From assembly GCA_964016885.1 (NCBI GenBank), contig OZ024753.1:19406001-19470000 (forward strand): DNA of 64,000 nucleotides, given 5' to 3'. Below are positions 26,999-40,619 of the stretch, in pieces. Both the position numbers and the translations under genes were made by a program. The notes under the pieces are model-generated. The model was not told the origin of the DNA, ran no database searches, and worked only from the letters and a program-made list of their open reading frames with translations. Position 1 is the stretch's first letter; each line of letters begins with the position of its first letter. The stretch comes from Eledone cirrhosa (lineage: Eukaryota).

Positions 26999-27537
26999 TT
27001 GTTTTCGCTCTTAACGTGGTGGATCCATAAGTGTATTCGTGAGTGAATAACAATAATATAATAATATCATAATATTCGCCTGAGTTCGCACAGACGCGTC
27101 TTCATTTGAACAACTATATATGTATCTATAAATGTTGCCTGGCTACTTGAGTCATGCATGGAAGCCCATTTGCTGCCTTTGCTCAATCTCCCAGAAGATG
27201 AAGCTTCGTATTTACAGTGCATCGGTCACGTCCGTTCCCCTGTATTTTGTTTCAAATTTTAACAGAGAATTATAGACCAGAAATATTATGTTGAAATATA
27301 TTCGGTAAAACATCATTTTGTTTTGATATATTTTTCATATTTTTCCCTTTCTATATTTCTACCACAACTTACCGACTTTTATTCATTATATATCACACAA
27401 TATTTCATATTATTGAAACTACTACATCGTCCGTCATTTGTCTTCCATAGACACCTATTTTTACTACGTTTGCCAAATTCCAGTTGCTTCCTACGTCTGT
27501 TTTCTAATGTTATTTATTAATTTAATAAATAATATTA

Positions 27538-27642
27538 ATCCTGCCGAGGTTAAATTTGCCTTTCATCCTTACGGGGTCGATAAAATAAAGTACCAGTAAT
27601 GTATTGAGTAATTTCTGGCCATGTACCAACAGTAGAAACGGT
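27538..27642 (+). mobile_element. SINE family 1, 3' part
   Basis: GCCTTTCATCCTTACGGGGTCGATAAAATAAAGTACCAGT core. Confidence 0.8.
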
Positions 27643-28153
27643 TATTTATTAATTCATTATTCACACGTTTAAATCTGTCTATCGCTATTTACGTTATCTG
27701 TAGTAATAAGAATGTTTGCAGCTTTGAGAAAGTTTCTGTATCTAAATGATATTATATTTGTTTGTTTCTCATATATTTCATTATAACTAGTTGATATTTA
27801 GCAATGTGTTTATCATTAATAATTCTATATTTCCTCTTTCAAATCGTCAAATGTGTCGTTTGCTTGCATTGCTGTATATCTAAATGCTTGGTAGCTACAT
27901 ATAATATGGTGTGCAGTTAATATATACCAACATAATTCATATGAAATGTAATACCATTCCAATAATTATTACACAACTATATCAGAAATAATACATTGCT
28001 GTAGTCAGCAATTTTCTTTGGTTCAGACTCAACTATCGGTGAATTATACAGATAATTTAATACATCAATCATCAATTGTGATGCATAGAATCCCTATATA
28101 TATATATTAGGAAACCTTGGGAAATGAAATAATTATATTGTGTTGCTTATTAC

Positions 28154-28260
<107 letters not shown>

Positions 28261-28629
28261 GTATATATGTATATATATGATTACAGGAAATAGAAAACAT
28301 CGACTGTGAACTTGGCTTGTTATAAGCAATTGGCTATATATATAAAACACCCACAAGTGTAACAAGGATGTGTACGAAAGGACGCAATATATGTTTATAT
28401 ACAATAAACTTATGAAAGCCTTCTTTTCAAAGAAATAATATTTTTTTCCTTTTGATAACTAGCCTCTCATATGTTTATTGTATAGGAACATATATTATAT
28501 ACTTCCATATACACAGCGTGTAACAAATCTCTGAATTATAGATGCAACTGTTTTGCCAACTGCGTGAACTAGAGTTGCATGAAACCATGTGTGTTGCTCA
28601 AGGAGACAGTGCACCGTCTATTAACGAAA

Positions 28630-28820
28630 TAATTGTTTCTACTATTGTCACAAGGCCAGTAATTATCCCAGTGTATTACTTGTACTTTATTTTATCAACC
28701 CTGTATGGATGAAAGGCAAAGTTATCCTCGGCGGGATTTGAACGCAGAGCATAAATGGCCGTAACTCGTTGCTGCAAAGCATGCCGTCAGACACTCTATA
28801 GATACTGCCAATCCACCACT
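28630..28820 (-). mobile_element. SINE family 1, full length, with target-site duplication
   Basis: Reverse-strand consensus match flanked by TCTATTAACGAAATAAT on both sides (about 28617-28633 and 28820-28836). Confidence 0.88.
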
Positions 28821-28997
28821 CTATTAACGAAATAATAACCATAAAACACTCAACCGAAAATCCTAACCACGACGGGACAAGCTTTCACATTTAAGAATAT
28901 GATTGAAAATCATAACTTTGATTTACTAGACTTTAACAAAGACAATTCAATCATTTCATAGAAACGGTGAAACATGTGACATTGTGAAACTCGGCGC

Positions 28998-31900
28998 TCT
29001 CTTGATAGTTATTCCTGTCCTGTTTCAACTGGATAATGTCTCTCTTGATAGTTATTCCTGTTCTGTTTAAACTCTATAACGTCTCTCTTGATAGTTATTC
29101 CTGTCCTGTTTAAACTGGATAATGTCTCTCTTGATAATAATTCCTGTTCTGTTTAAACTGGATAACGTCTCTCTTGATAGTTATTCCTGTCCTGTTTAAA
29201 CTGGATAATGTCTCTCTTGATAGTTATTCCTGTCCTGTTTAAACTGGATAACGTTTCTCTTGATAGTTATTTATTCCTGTTCTGTTTAAACTGGATAACG
29301 TCTCACTTGATAGTTATTCCTGTTCTGTTTAAACTGGATAACGTGTCTCTTGATAGTTATTCCTGTCCTGTTTAAACTGGATAACGTCTCTCTTGATAGT
29401 TATTCCTGTTCTGTTGTAAAATGGATAATGTCTCTCTTAATAGTTATTCCTGTTCTGTTTAAACTGGATAATGTATCTCTTGATAGTTATTCCTGTTCTG
29501 TTTAAACTGGATTATGTCTCTCTTGATAGTTATTCCTGTTCTGTTTAAACTGGATAATCTCTCTTGATAGTTATTCCTGTCCTGTTTAAACTGGATAATG
29601 TCTCTCTTGATAGTTATTCCTGTTCTGTTTAAACTGGATAACGTCTCTCTTGATAGTTATTCCTGTTCTGTTTAAACTGGATAATGTCTCTCTTGATAGT
29701 TATTCCTGTTCTGTTTAAACTGGATAATGTCTCTCTTGATAGTTATTCCTGTTCTGTTTAAACTGGATAAGGTCTCTCTTGATAGTTATTCCTGTTCTGT
29801 TTAAACAGGATAACGTCTCTCTTGATAGTTATTCCTGTTCTGTTTAAACTGGATAATGTCTCTCTTGATAGTTATTCCTGTTCTGTTTAAACTGGATAAT
29901 GTCTCTCTTGATAGTTATTCCTGTTCTGTTTAAACTGGATAATGTCTCTCTTGATAGTTATTCCTGTTCTGTTTAAACTGGATAATGTCTCTCTTGATAG
30001 TTATTCCTGTTCTGTTTAAACTGGATAATGTCTCTCTTGATAGTTATTCCTGTTCTGTTTAAACTGGATAATGTCTCTCTTGATAGTTATTCCTGTTCTG
30101 TTTAAACTAGATAATGTCTCTCTTGATAGTTATTCCTGTTCTCTGTAAACTGGATAACGTCTCTTTTGATAGTTATTCCTGTCCTGTTTAAACTGGATAA
30201 TGTCTCTCTTGATAGTTATTCCTGTTCTGTTTAAACTGGATAACGTCTCTCTTGATAGTTATTCCTGTTCTGTTTAAACTGGATAACGTCTCTCTTGATA
30301 GTTATTCCTGTCTTGTTTAAACTGGAAAATGTCTCTCTTGATAGTTATTCCTGTTCTGTTTAAACTGGATAATGTCTCTCTTGATAGTTATTCCTGTTCT
30401 GTTTAAACTGGATAAGGTCTCTCTTGATAGTTATACCTGTTCTGTTTAAACTGGATAATGTCTCTCTTGATAGTTATTCCTGTTCTGTTTAAACTGGATA
30501 TTGTCTCTCTTGATAGTTATTCCTGTTTTGTTTAAACTGGATAACGTTTCTCTTGATAGTTATTTATTCCTGTTCTGTTTAAACTGGATAACGTCTCACT
30601 TGATAGTTATTCCTGTTCTGTTTAAACTGGATAACGTGTCTCTTGATAGTTATTCCTGTCCTGTTTAAACTGGATAACGTCTCTCTTGATAGTTATTCCT
30701 GTTCTGTTGTAAAATGGATAATGTCTCTCTTAATAGTTATTCCTGTTCTGTTTAAACTGGATAATGTATCTCTTGATAGTTATTCCTGTTCTGTTTAAAC
30801 TGGATTATGTCTCTCTTGATAGTTATTCCTGTTCTGTTTAAACTGGATAATCTCTCTTGATAGTTATTCCTGTCCTGTTTAAACTGGATAATGTCTCTCT
30901 TGATAGTTATTCCTGTTCTGTTTAAACTGGATAACGTCTCTCTTGATAGTTATTCCTGTTCTGTTTAAACTGGATAATGTCTCTCTTGATAGTTATTCCT
31001 GTTCTGTTTAAACTGGATAATGTCTCTCTTGATAGTTATTCCTGTTCTGTTTAAACTGGATAAGGTCTCTCTTGATAGTTATTCCTGTTCTGTTTAAACA
31101 GGATAACGTCTCTCTTGATAGTTATTCCTGTTCTGTTTAAACTGGATAATGTCTCTCTTGATAGTTATTCCTGTTCTGTTTAAACTGGATAATGTCTCTC
31201 TTGATAGTTATTCCTGTTCTGTTTAAACTGGATAATGTCTCTCTTGATAGTTATTCCTGTTCTGTTTAAACTGGATAATGTCTCTCTTGATAGTTATTCC
31301 TGTTCTGTTTAAACTGGATAATGTCTCTCTTGATAGTTATTCCTGTTCTGTTTAAACTGGATAATGTCTCTCTTGATAGTTATTCCTGTTCTGTTTAAAC
31401 TAGATAATGTCTCTCTTGATAGTTATTCCTGTTCTCTGTAAACTGGATAACGTCTCTTTTGATAGTTATTCCTGTCCTGTTTAAACTGGATAATGTCTCT
31501 CTTGATAGTTATTCCTGTTCTGTTTAAACTGGATAACGTCTCTCTTGATAGTTATTCCTGTTCTGTTTAAACTGGATAACGTCTCTCTTGATAGTTATTC
31601 CTGTCTTGTTTAAACTGGAAAATGTCTCTCTTGATAGTTATTCCTGTTCTGTTTAAACTGGATAATGTCTCTCTTGATAGTTATTCCTGTTCTGTTTAAA
31701 CTGGATAAGGTCTCTCTTGATAGTTATACCTGTTCTGTTTAAACTGGATAATGTCTCTCTTGATAGTTATTCCTGTTCTGTTTAAACTGGATATTGTCTC
31801 TCTTGATAGTTATTCCTGTTTTGTTTAAACTGGATAACGTCTCTCTTGATAGTTATTAATGTCCTGTTTAAACTGGATAATGTCTCTCTTGATAGTTATT

Positions 31901-34900
31901 CCTGTTCTCTTTAAACTGGATAACGTCTCTCTTGATAGTTATTCCTGTTCTGTTTAAACTGGATAACGTGTCTCTTGATAGTTATTCCTGTTCTCTTTAA
32001 ACTGGATAACGTCTCTCTTGATAGTTATTCCTGTTCTGTTTAAACTGGATAATGTCTCTCTTGATAGTTATTCCTGTTCTGTTTAAACAGGATAACGTCT
32101 CTCTTGATAGTTATTCCTGTTCTGTTTAAACTGGATAATGTCTCTCTTGATAGTTATTCCTGTTCTGTTTAAACTGGATAATGTCTCTCTTGATAGTTAT
32201 TCCTGTTCTGTTTAAACTAGATAATGTCTCTCTTGATAGTTATTCCTGTTCTCTGTAAACTGGATAACGTCTCTTTTGATAGTTATTCCTGTCCTGTTTA
32301 AACTGGATAATGTCTCTCTTGATAGTTATTCCTGTTCTGTTTAAACTGGATAACGTCTCTCTTGATAGTTATTCCTGTTCTGTTTAAACTGGATAACGTC
32401 TCTCTTGATAGTTATTCCTGTCTTGTTTAAACTGGAAAATGTCTCTCTTGATAGTTATTCCTGTTCTGTTTAAACTGGATAATGTCTCTCTTGATAGTTA
32501 TTCCTGTTCTGTTTAAACTGGATAAGGTCTCTCTTGATAGTTATACCTGTTCTGTTTAAACTGGATAATGTCTCTCTTGATAGTTATTCCTGTTCTGTTT
32601 AAACTGGATATTGTCTCTCTTGATAGTTATTCCTGTTTTGTTTAAACTGGATAACGTCTCTCTTGATAGTTATTAATGTCCTGTTTAAACTGGATAATGT
32701 CTCTCTTGATAGTTATTCCTGTTCTCTTTAAACTGGATAACGTCTCTCTTGATAGTTATTCCTGTTCTGTTTAAACTGGATAACGTGTCTCTTGATAGTT
32801 ATTCCTGTTCTCTTTAAACTGGATAACGTCTCTCTTGATAGTTATTCCTGTTCTGTTTAAACTGGATAATGTCTCTCTTGATAGTTATTCCTGTTCTGTT
32901 TAAACAGGATAACGTCTCTCTTGATAGTTATTCCTGTTCTGTTTAAACTGGATAATGTCTCTCTTGATAGTTATTCCTGTTCTGTTTAAACTGGATAATG
33001 TCTCTCTTGATAGTTATTCCTGTTCTGTTTAAACTGGATAATGTCTCTCTTGATAGTTATTCCTGTTCTGTTTAAACTGGATAATGTCTCTCTTGATAGT
33101 TATTCCTGTTCTGTTTAAACTGGATAATGTCTCTCTTGATAGTTATTCCTGTTCTGTTTAAACTGGATAATGTCTATCTTGATAGTTATTCCTGTTCTGT
33201 TTAAACTGGATAATGTCTCTCTTGATAGTTATTCCTGTTCTGTTTAAACTGGATAATGTCTCTCTTGATAGTTATTCCTGTTCTGTTTAAACTGGATAAT
33301 GTCTCTCTTGAGAGTTATTCCTGTTCTGTTTAAACTGGATAACGTCTCTCTTGATAGTTATTCCTGTTCTGTTTAAACTGGATAATGTCTCTCTTGATAG
33401 TTATTCCTGTTCTGTTTAAACTGGATAATGTCTCTCTTGATAGTTTTTCCTGTCCTGTTTAAACTGGATAATGTCTCTCTTGATAGTTATTCCTGTTCTG
33501 TTTAAACTGGATAATGTCTCTCTTGATAATAATTCCTGTTCTGTTTAAACTGGATAACGTCTCTCTTGATAGTTATTCCTGTCCTGTTTAAACTGGATAA
33601 TGTCTCTCTTGATAGTTATTCCTGTCCTGTTTAAACTGGATAACGTTTCTCTTGATAGTTATTTATTCCTGTTCTGTTTAAACTGGATAACGTCTCACTT
33701 GATAGTTATTCCTGTTCTGTTTAAACTGGATAACGTGTCTCTTGATAGTTATTCCTGTCCTGTTTAAACTGGATAACGTCTCTCTTGATAGTTATTCCTG
33801 TTCTGTTGTAAAATGGATAATGTCTCTCTTAATAGTTATTCCTGTTCTGTTTAAACTGGATAATGTATCTCTTGATAGTTATTCCTGTTCTGTTTAAACT
33901 GGATTATGTCTCTCTTGATAGTTATTCCTGTTCTGTTTAAACTGGATAATCTCTCTTGATAGTTATTCCTGTCCTGTTTAAACTGGATAATGTCTCTCTT
34001 GATAGTTATTCCTGTTCTGTTTAAACTGGATAACGTCTCTCTTGATAGTTATTCCTGTTCTGTTTAAACTGGATAATGTCTCTCTTGATAGTTATTCCTG
34101 TTCTGTTTAAACTGGATAATGTCTCTCTTGATAGTTATTCCTGTTCTGTTTAAACTGGATAAGGTCTCTCTTGATAGTTATTCCTGTTCTGTTTAAACAG
34201 GATAACGTCTCTCTTGATAGTTATTCCTGTTCTGTTTAAACTGGATAATGTCTCTCTTGATAGTTATTCCTGTTCTGTTTAAACTGGATAATGTCTCTCT
34301 TGATAGTTATTCCTGTTCTGTTTAAACTGGATAATGTCTCTCTTGATAGTTATTCCTGTTCTGTTTAAACTGGATAATGTCTCTCTTGATAGTTATTCCT
34401 GTTCTGTTTAAACTGGATAATGTCTCTCTTGATAGTTATTCCTGTTCTGTTTAAACTGGATAATGTCTCTCTTGATAGTTATTCCTGTTCTGTTTAAACT
34501 AGATAATGTCTCTCTTGATAGTTATTCCTGTTCTCTGTAAACTGGATAACGTCTCTTTTGATAGTTATTCCTGTCCTGTTTAAACTGGATAATGTCTCTC
34601 TTGATAGTTATTCCTGTTCTGTTTAAACTGGATAACGTCTCTCTTGATAGTTATTCCTGTTCTGTTTAAACTGGATAACGTCTCTCTTGATAGTTATTCC
34701 TGTCTTGTTTAAACTGGAAAATGTCTCTCTTGATAGTTATTCCTGTTCTGTTTAAACTGGATAATGTCTCTCTTGATAGTTATTCCTGTTCTGTTTAAAC
34801 TGGATAAGGTCTCTCTTGATAGTTATACCTGTTCTGTTTAAACTGGATAATGTCTCTCTTGATAGTTATTCCTGTTCTGTTTAAACTGGATATTGTCTCT

Positions 34901-36535
34901 CTTGATAGTTATTCCTGTTTTGTTTAAACTGGATAACGTCTCTCTTGATAGTTATTAATGTCCTGTTTAAACTGGATAATGTCTCTCTTGATAGTTATTC
35001 CTGTTCTCTTTAAACTGGATAACGTCTCTCTTGATAGTTATTCCTGTTCTGTTTAAACTGGATAACGTGTCTCTTGATAGTTATTCCTGTTCTCTTTAAA
35101 CTGGATAACGTCTCTCTTGATAGTTATTCCTGTTCTGTTTAAACTGGATAATGTCTCTCTTGATAGTTATTCCTGTTCTGTTTAAACAGGATAACGTCTC
35201 TCTTGATAGTTATTCCTGTTCTGTTTAAACTGGATAATGTCTCTCTTGATAGTTATTCCTGTTCTGTTTAAACTGGATAATGTCTCTCTTGATAGTTATT
35301 CCTGTTCTGTTTAAACTGGATAATGTCTCTCTTGATAGTTATTCCTGTTCTGTTTAAACTGGATAATGTCTCTCTTGATAGTTATTCCTGTTCTGTTTAA
35401 ACTGGATAATGTCTCTCTTGATAGTTATTCCTGTTCTGTTTAAACTGGATAATGTCTATCTTGATAGTTATTCCTGTTCTGTTTAAACTGGATAATGTCT
35501 CTCTTGATAGTTATTCCTGTTCTGTTTAAACTGGATAATGTCTCTCTTGATAGTTATTCCTGTTCTGTTTAAACTGGATAATGTCTCTCTTGAGAGTTAT
35601 TCCTGTTCTGTTTAAACTGGATAACGTCTCTCTTGATAGTTATTCCTGTTCTGTTTAAACTGGATAATGTCTCTCTTGATAGTTATTCCTGTTCTGTTTA
35701 AACTGGATAATGTCTCTCTTGATAGTTTTTCCTGTCCTGTTTAAACTGGATAATGTCTCTCTTGATAGTTATTCCTATTCTGTTTAAACTGGATAACGTC
35801 TCTCTTGATAGTTATTCCTGTTCTGTTTAAACTAGATAATGTCTCTCTTGATAGTTATTCCTGTTCTCTGTAAACTGGATAACGTCTCTCTTGATAGTTA
35901 TTCCTGTCCTGTTTAAACTGGATAATGTCTCTCTTGATAGTTATTCCTGTTCTGTTTAAACTGGATAACGTCTCTCTTGATAGTTATTCCTGTTCTGTTT
36001 AAACTGGATAACGTCTCTCTTGATAGTTATTCCTGTCTTGTTTAAACTGGAAAATGTCTCTCTTGATAGTTATTCCTGTTCTGTTTAAACTGGATAATGT
36101 CTCTCTTGATAGTTATTCCTGTTCTGTTTAAACTGGATAAGGTCTCTCTTAATAGTTATACCTGTTCTGTTTAAACTGGATAATGTCTCTCTTGATAGTT
36201 ATTCCTGTTCTGTTTAAACTGGATATTGTCTCTCTTGATAGTTATTCCTGTTTTGTTTAAACTGGATAACGTCTCTCTTGATAGTTATTAATGTCCTGTT
36301 TAAACTGGATAATGTCTCTCTTGATAGTTATTCCTGTTCTCTTTAAACTGGATAACGTCTCTCTTGATAGTTATTCCTGTTCTGTTTAAACTGGATAACG
36401 TGTCTCTTGATAGTTATTCCTGTTCTCTTTAAACTGGATAACGTCTCTCTTGATAGTTATTCCTGTCCTGTTTAAACTCGATAACGTCTCTTTTGATAGT
36501 TCTTTCTGTTCTGTTTAAACTGGATAACGTTTCTT
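28998..36535. repeat. Satellite array, 43-bp monomer, about 175 copies, with higher-order structure
   Basis: Monomer TCTCTCTTGATAGTTATTCCTGTTCTGTTTAAACTGGATAA(T/C)G; period 43 (e.g. 29041, 29084); no spacers and no ORFs in the track. Confidence 0.98.
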
Positions 36536-37106
36536 CTTAATATATATTTAGTTGTCTCATCTTCTTCATGTCATCTATCTACATCAGACCCCCTCTCTCA
36601 TATTCTTCTTATGTTTCACAGTCTCTTTCTTCATCTCTACTGTCACTTTGTTGTCTATTTCTTACTCTCTCCCCTACTTCCTCGTCTCACCTCACTCCCT
36701 CCCACTTTGTCGTCTCCCCTTACTCTCTCTCCCACTTCCTCTCTCCCCTTATTCCCCCTCCCTCATCCTCTCTTCTTACTTTCCACCTCCAACATCGTCT
36801 CCCATACTCTCCCCCTCCCAATGCTAGTATATCCAACTACTTTATAGATGTTTATCTTAGAGAGAAGTTCTCAGGTAAAATATCACAAATCTTTCTATTC
36901 AGTTTCGGCCATTCACCTTTTAATATATATCTCATACCAACATTTCTGTGATTCTCATTCTATCTCGGTTACTGTTCTCTTATCTTCCATCTCTCTTTCT
37001 ACATACAACTCCTTTCTTATGCCAACACAACAGAGACAAGCGTCATACTAATAAGGCTGTGTTTATCTTGTCATTTCTAGCATATAATTACACACACACA
37101 CACCCA

Positions 37107-37147
<41 letters not shown>

Positions 37148-37294
37148 GTACACGCACACCCACATATATATATGCATACATAAACACACACACACACACA
37201 CACACATACACACACACATATATATTGTTATATATATATATATATTGCATACACACACACACACGTATATATATATACATATATATATGATGAC

Positions 37295-37585
37295 TGGCCT
37301 ATCGTTATCGAGTATGGCCATTGCACGATATACCATTATTAATAATTATTAATTAATTCTATTGTGCAATACCTGTGAGTGAAGATATTTTTTAAAGTGA
37401 GGAAAAACTGTGCACTGAGCCAATCCCACTCTCTGAGCGACAGTAGATATAACCCGAAAAGAAGAAAAGATCAACATCATCGGTAACTACTGAGCCGCAG
37501 GTTTTATATTGGTGTTATCCCAGTTTCCTGAGTTGCCTTCTCCTAGAAGAATGCCCTGACACCATCTAGAGGTCCTTCATTCCCA
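37295..37585 (-). mobile_element. Bipartite RTE-derived non-autonomous element (partial), without the SINE insertion
   Basis: Colinear with 12215-12282 plus 12395-12612. Confidence 0.7.
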
Positions 37586-37663
37586 TACATAAAAAACATA
37601 CATACATGAGGATTTCCTCGAATGAAACAGTTCTGGTCCTGTAGAAGGCCTTTCTATATTAAT

Positions 37664-37741
<78 letters not shown>

Positions 37742-38010
37742 TACACTTTGGGGGAGGGGTTATGTTGCCAATAAGAAACACAGACACCTGTTGGTTTTCA
37801 CCTGAACTTATTACAAATTGCTGGTTGTTTATTTATTGGCAAAGATCTTTCGTTACACATGATGTGGGTCATCGGTGAATTATTTGTTATTTTGTGTCCC
37901 TCCATTTTTCTTTTCTACACCATGGCTGGTGTTTTTTAATTGGCAATATGGCCCTCCCAAAGTATAACATTACCTGTTTCAACACAGGTTTTAAGAAAAG
38001 AACATTGCAT
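37742..38010. mobile_element. Degenerate PLE 3'-end inverted pair
   Basis: ACTTTGGGGGAGGG...TTGCCAAT vs ATTGGCAA...CCCTCCCAAAGT; degenerate hammerhead on minus at about 37838-37880. Confidence 0.55.
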
Positions 38011-39097
38011 AACAAATAGAAAAATAAAGAGGGAGAGAGGTTAGTGTAGTGAAGGGGAGAGATGTGTAGATATTAGGAGAGCCAGGGGAGAGAGGGGAGA
38101 GAGAGGGAGAGAGATGATGATATATATATATTTAATGAAAGAGAGAGAGAGGAGAGAGAGAATAGAGGAGAGAGAGAGAGGGAAAGAGAGAGGAGAGTGA
38201 GAGAGAGATTTAATTTAGAATAGGCATGGAACCGCTTAATGTGGGTAAAACAGGAAGCCGAAGTCTACGGAGCAGTAACAGCCAACGCAATATCAACTGG
38301 TGCAGACGACTTTCTTGAATGTATCTTTGACAAGAGTTTTGTCATTCTTTTCTCAGTTACCTGAACGTCATTTATAGTTGAATATATTTCACCTCATACA
38401 AATAACATATATAGCTCTCTATATTTAGAAGACAGTAAAAAAGATTGCTTTATTGTTCCAAAGGCAATAGAAGCGAGATGAACAGAAATGGCTTTTTGTG
38501 TGGATCAACTAAGTTTAGCTGTGACGTATTATCGTGTGAGCTTGCCAGAGGATTATTCTTAGTTACACGACGTTCGTCTTCGTACTATTAAACAGTGAAC
38601 TTCCATTTAAATTTAATGGTTGACTTTTATGGTAGGTAAATGTTAGTATTATTCATAACCAAATTCTCGCCCTGTCATTCAGCAAAAGAAAAAAAAACAT
38701 ACATCTGCTATTTTTTTTTTTTTTTCAATAAACCAGTCGAAGTGATTTGGTGATTTACCGCCGTTAGCAGGCCACGTGACTGAATCTTAATGCATGCTTT
38801 TACCGACTGTTCTTAAAGCAAGGAAGACATTTCAATTAATATTTAGAGATTATAGATACATAATGGCGAACGCCGTCTCTTCGCCTCAGTACCTGTGTGA
38901 GTCAAACAATTTGCCTGTTTATTGGAAATATTTTTCATTAAAGCAACATTCAGTTTATATTATAACTAAAAGCATTTCAACTTAATATATAACGTAGAAA
39001 CGGAAGAAATACTGATTGACTTCCATTTTAAGTTGTTGGAATTTTTTTTACGAACGTTTCTTTCTTATATTCTCCTTGGTGACAGCCAGATAACTTA

Positions 39098-39224
39098 CCT
39101 TCTTCTTCTTCTTCTTCTTCTTCTTCTTCTTCTTCTTCTTCTTCTTCTTCTTCGTCTTCTTCTTCTCCTCCTCCTTTTCCTTCTTCTCCTTCTTCTTCTT
39201 CTTCTTATTATTATTATTATTATC

Positions 39225-39258
<34 letters not shown>
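39098..39258. repeat. Compound (CTT)n-(ATT)n microsatellite at the 3' end of the LINE
   Basis: Direct trinucleotide repeats. Confidence 0.97.
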
Positions 39259-39259
<1 letters not shown>

Positions 39260-40412
39260 AGCTGCATTTATCTTGCTTTGTGTTCATACGAGTTATCACC
39301 AAGTCACAAATAGTGACCTCAAGAGACAACAAGGTCCGCCATGTTCAAGAAAGAACATACATATTCACACATGCATCTTTAGGTGTTTAGACTTGTGATG
39401 TACTTATATTGACAGAATTTTCCTTAGTATATGGGCAGTTCCCATTAGTACTATCTTTTGTATTTCTCCTATACGCGGGTTTCCTGGGATTTGCGATAAG
39501 TAATCGTTAGACCCCTTAGGTATCATTCCCAGGGCGCCTACAAACACTGGTATTGTTTTAGTTCTCAATTTCCACATTTTTCCAATTTCTATCTCCAGGT
39601 CCTTATACTTGCTCAATTTTTCAAATGTTTTTATAGATACATTCTTGTCTATTTGAACGGTCATATCAATTAGCAGGCATACCCTCTTTTTAAAGTCCTT
39701 CAGTATTATATCAAGTCTATTTGCATCTATTTTTCGGTCTGTTTGGATGCTAAACTTCCACAAGATTGAGATGTGATCTTTTTCAAGTATGGGAGGTGGT
39801 TGATGCTCCCACCAATTCTTTTGATGGGGCAGGTCAAAATGCTTACACATTATCCAATGTATATATTGTGCAGCTCTGTCATGCCTGTTTCGGTATTCGG
39901 TTGGAGCTATAGGACTGCACATTGAAATTATATGATCAATGGTCTCTTTTTATTTTTTACATACACGGCATAATGGGCTGCATCCATTTTTTATTATGTT
40001 GGCTTGGTCACTTTTGTTGGCAGACACTGATCTTGTACTGATATAATCAGTCCTTCAGTCTCCGATTTCAGTCCAGAGGATGCCAACCACTGATGGTTTA
40101 AAGTTTTGTCAACATCAGGATTGTTAGCTCGTTCTGGGTATTTTCCATACAGAGGCTTTTCTTGCCATTTCTTAGCCAGTTTCTGTAGCAGTTCTTTCTT
40201 TGCAGTTACTTTTACCTGCATTGCTCTTTCTGTGTTTTCCATTTCAGCAGTAAATGGAACTTCTGAAATGTGAGGTCCATTACTGTATCGTTGTGCATCT
40301 TTTGTAATGGACTATGATCTTTTGATGCTTTCGTGTTTCAAAACGAGTTTGATCATCCAATCATGTGATTCCCTTAGATATGTAGATAATCCAATTGTTG
40401 CAGTTTTCAACG
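39259..40412 (-). mobile_element. 5'-truncated R4/Dong-clade LINE copy (RLE domain plus 3' UTR)
   Basis: Colinear and highly similar to 40625-41775; RHD and KLSKY motifs; frameshift near 40010; ends in (TAA)n. Confidence 0.93.
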
Positions 40413-40595
40413 TGGATTGGCAGTTTGGGTAGAGGGTCGGACGCCATTCTTTCTAGCATAGTTACGTTCCTTTACAGACTGAGTTCAAATCCCACCGAGG
40501 TTAACTTTGCCTTTCATCCTTATGGGGTCGATAAAATAAAGTATCAGTAATTTACTGGAAAATTGCTGGCCTTGTGCCAAATGGAGAAACAATTA
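40413..40595 (+). mobile_element. SINE family 1 between the two LINE copies
   Basis: TGGATTGGCAG...GAGTTCAAATCCC...GGAGAAAC followed by (ATT)n. Confidence 0.88.
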
Positions 40596-40619
40596 TTATT
40601 ATTATTATTATTATTATTT

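Noticed and set aside
28998-36535. 43-bp array as a CRISPR array or repeat-protein gene
   Set aside because: Monomers are contiguous with no unique spacers, there are no cas genes, the context is eukaryotic, and the track shows no ORF.
38265-38362. Possible minus-strand terminal exon VTEKRMTKLLSK...TAP-stop
   Set aside because: The acceptor lacks a polypyrimidine tract and the peptide is not recognisable.
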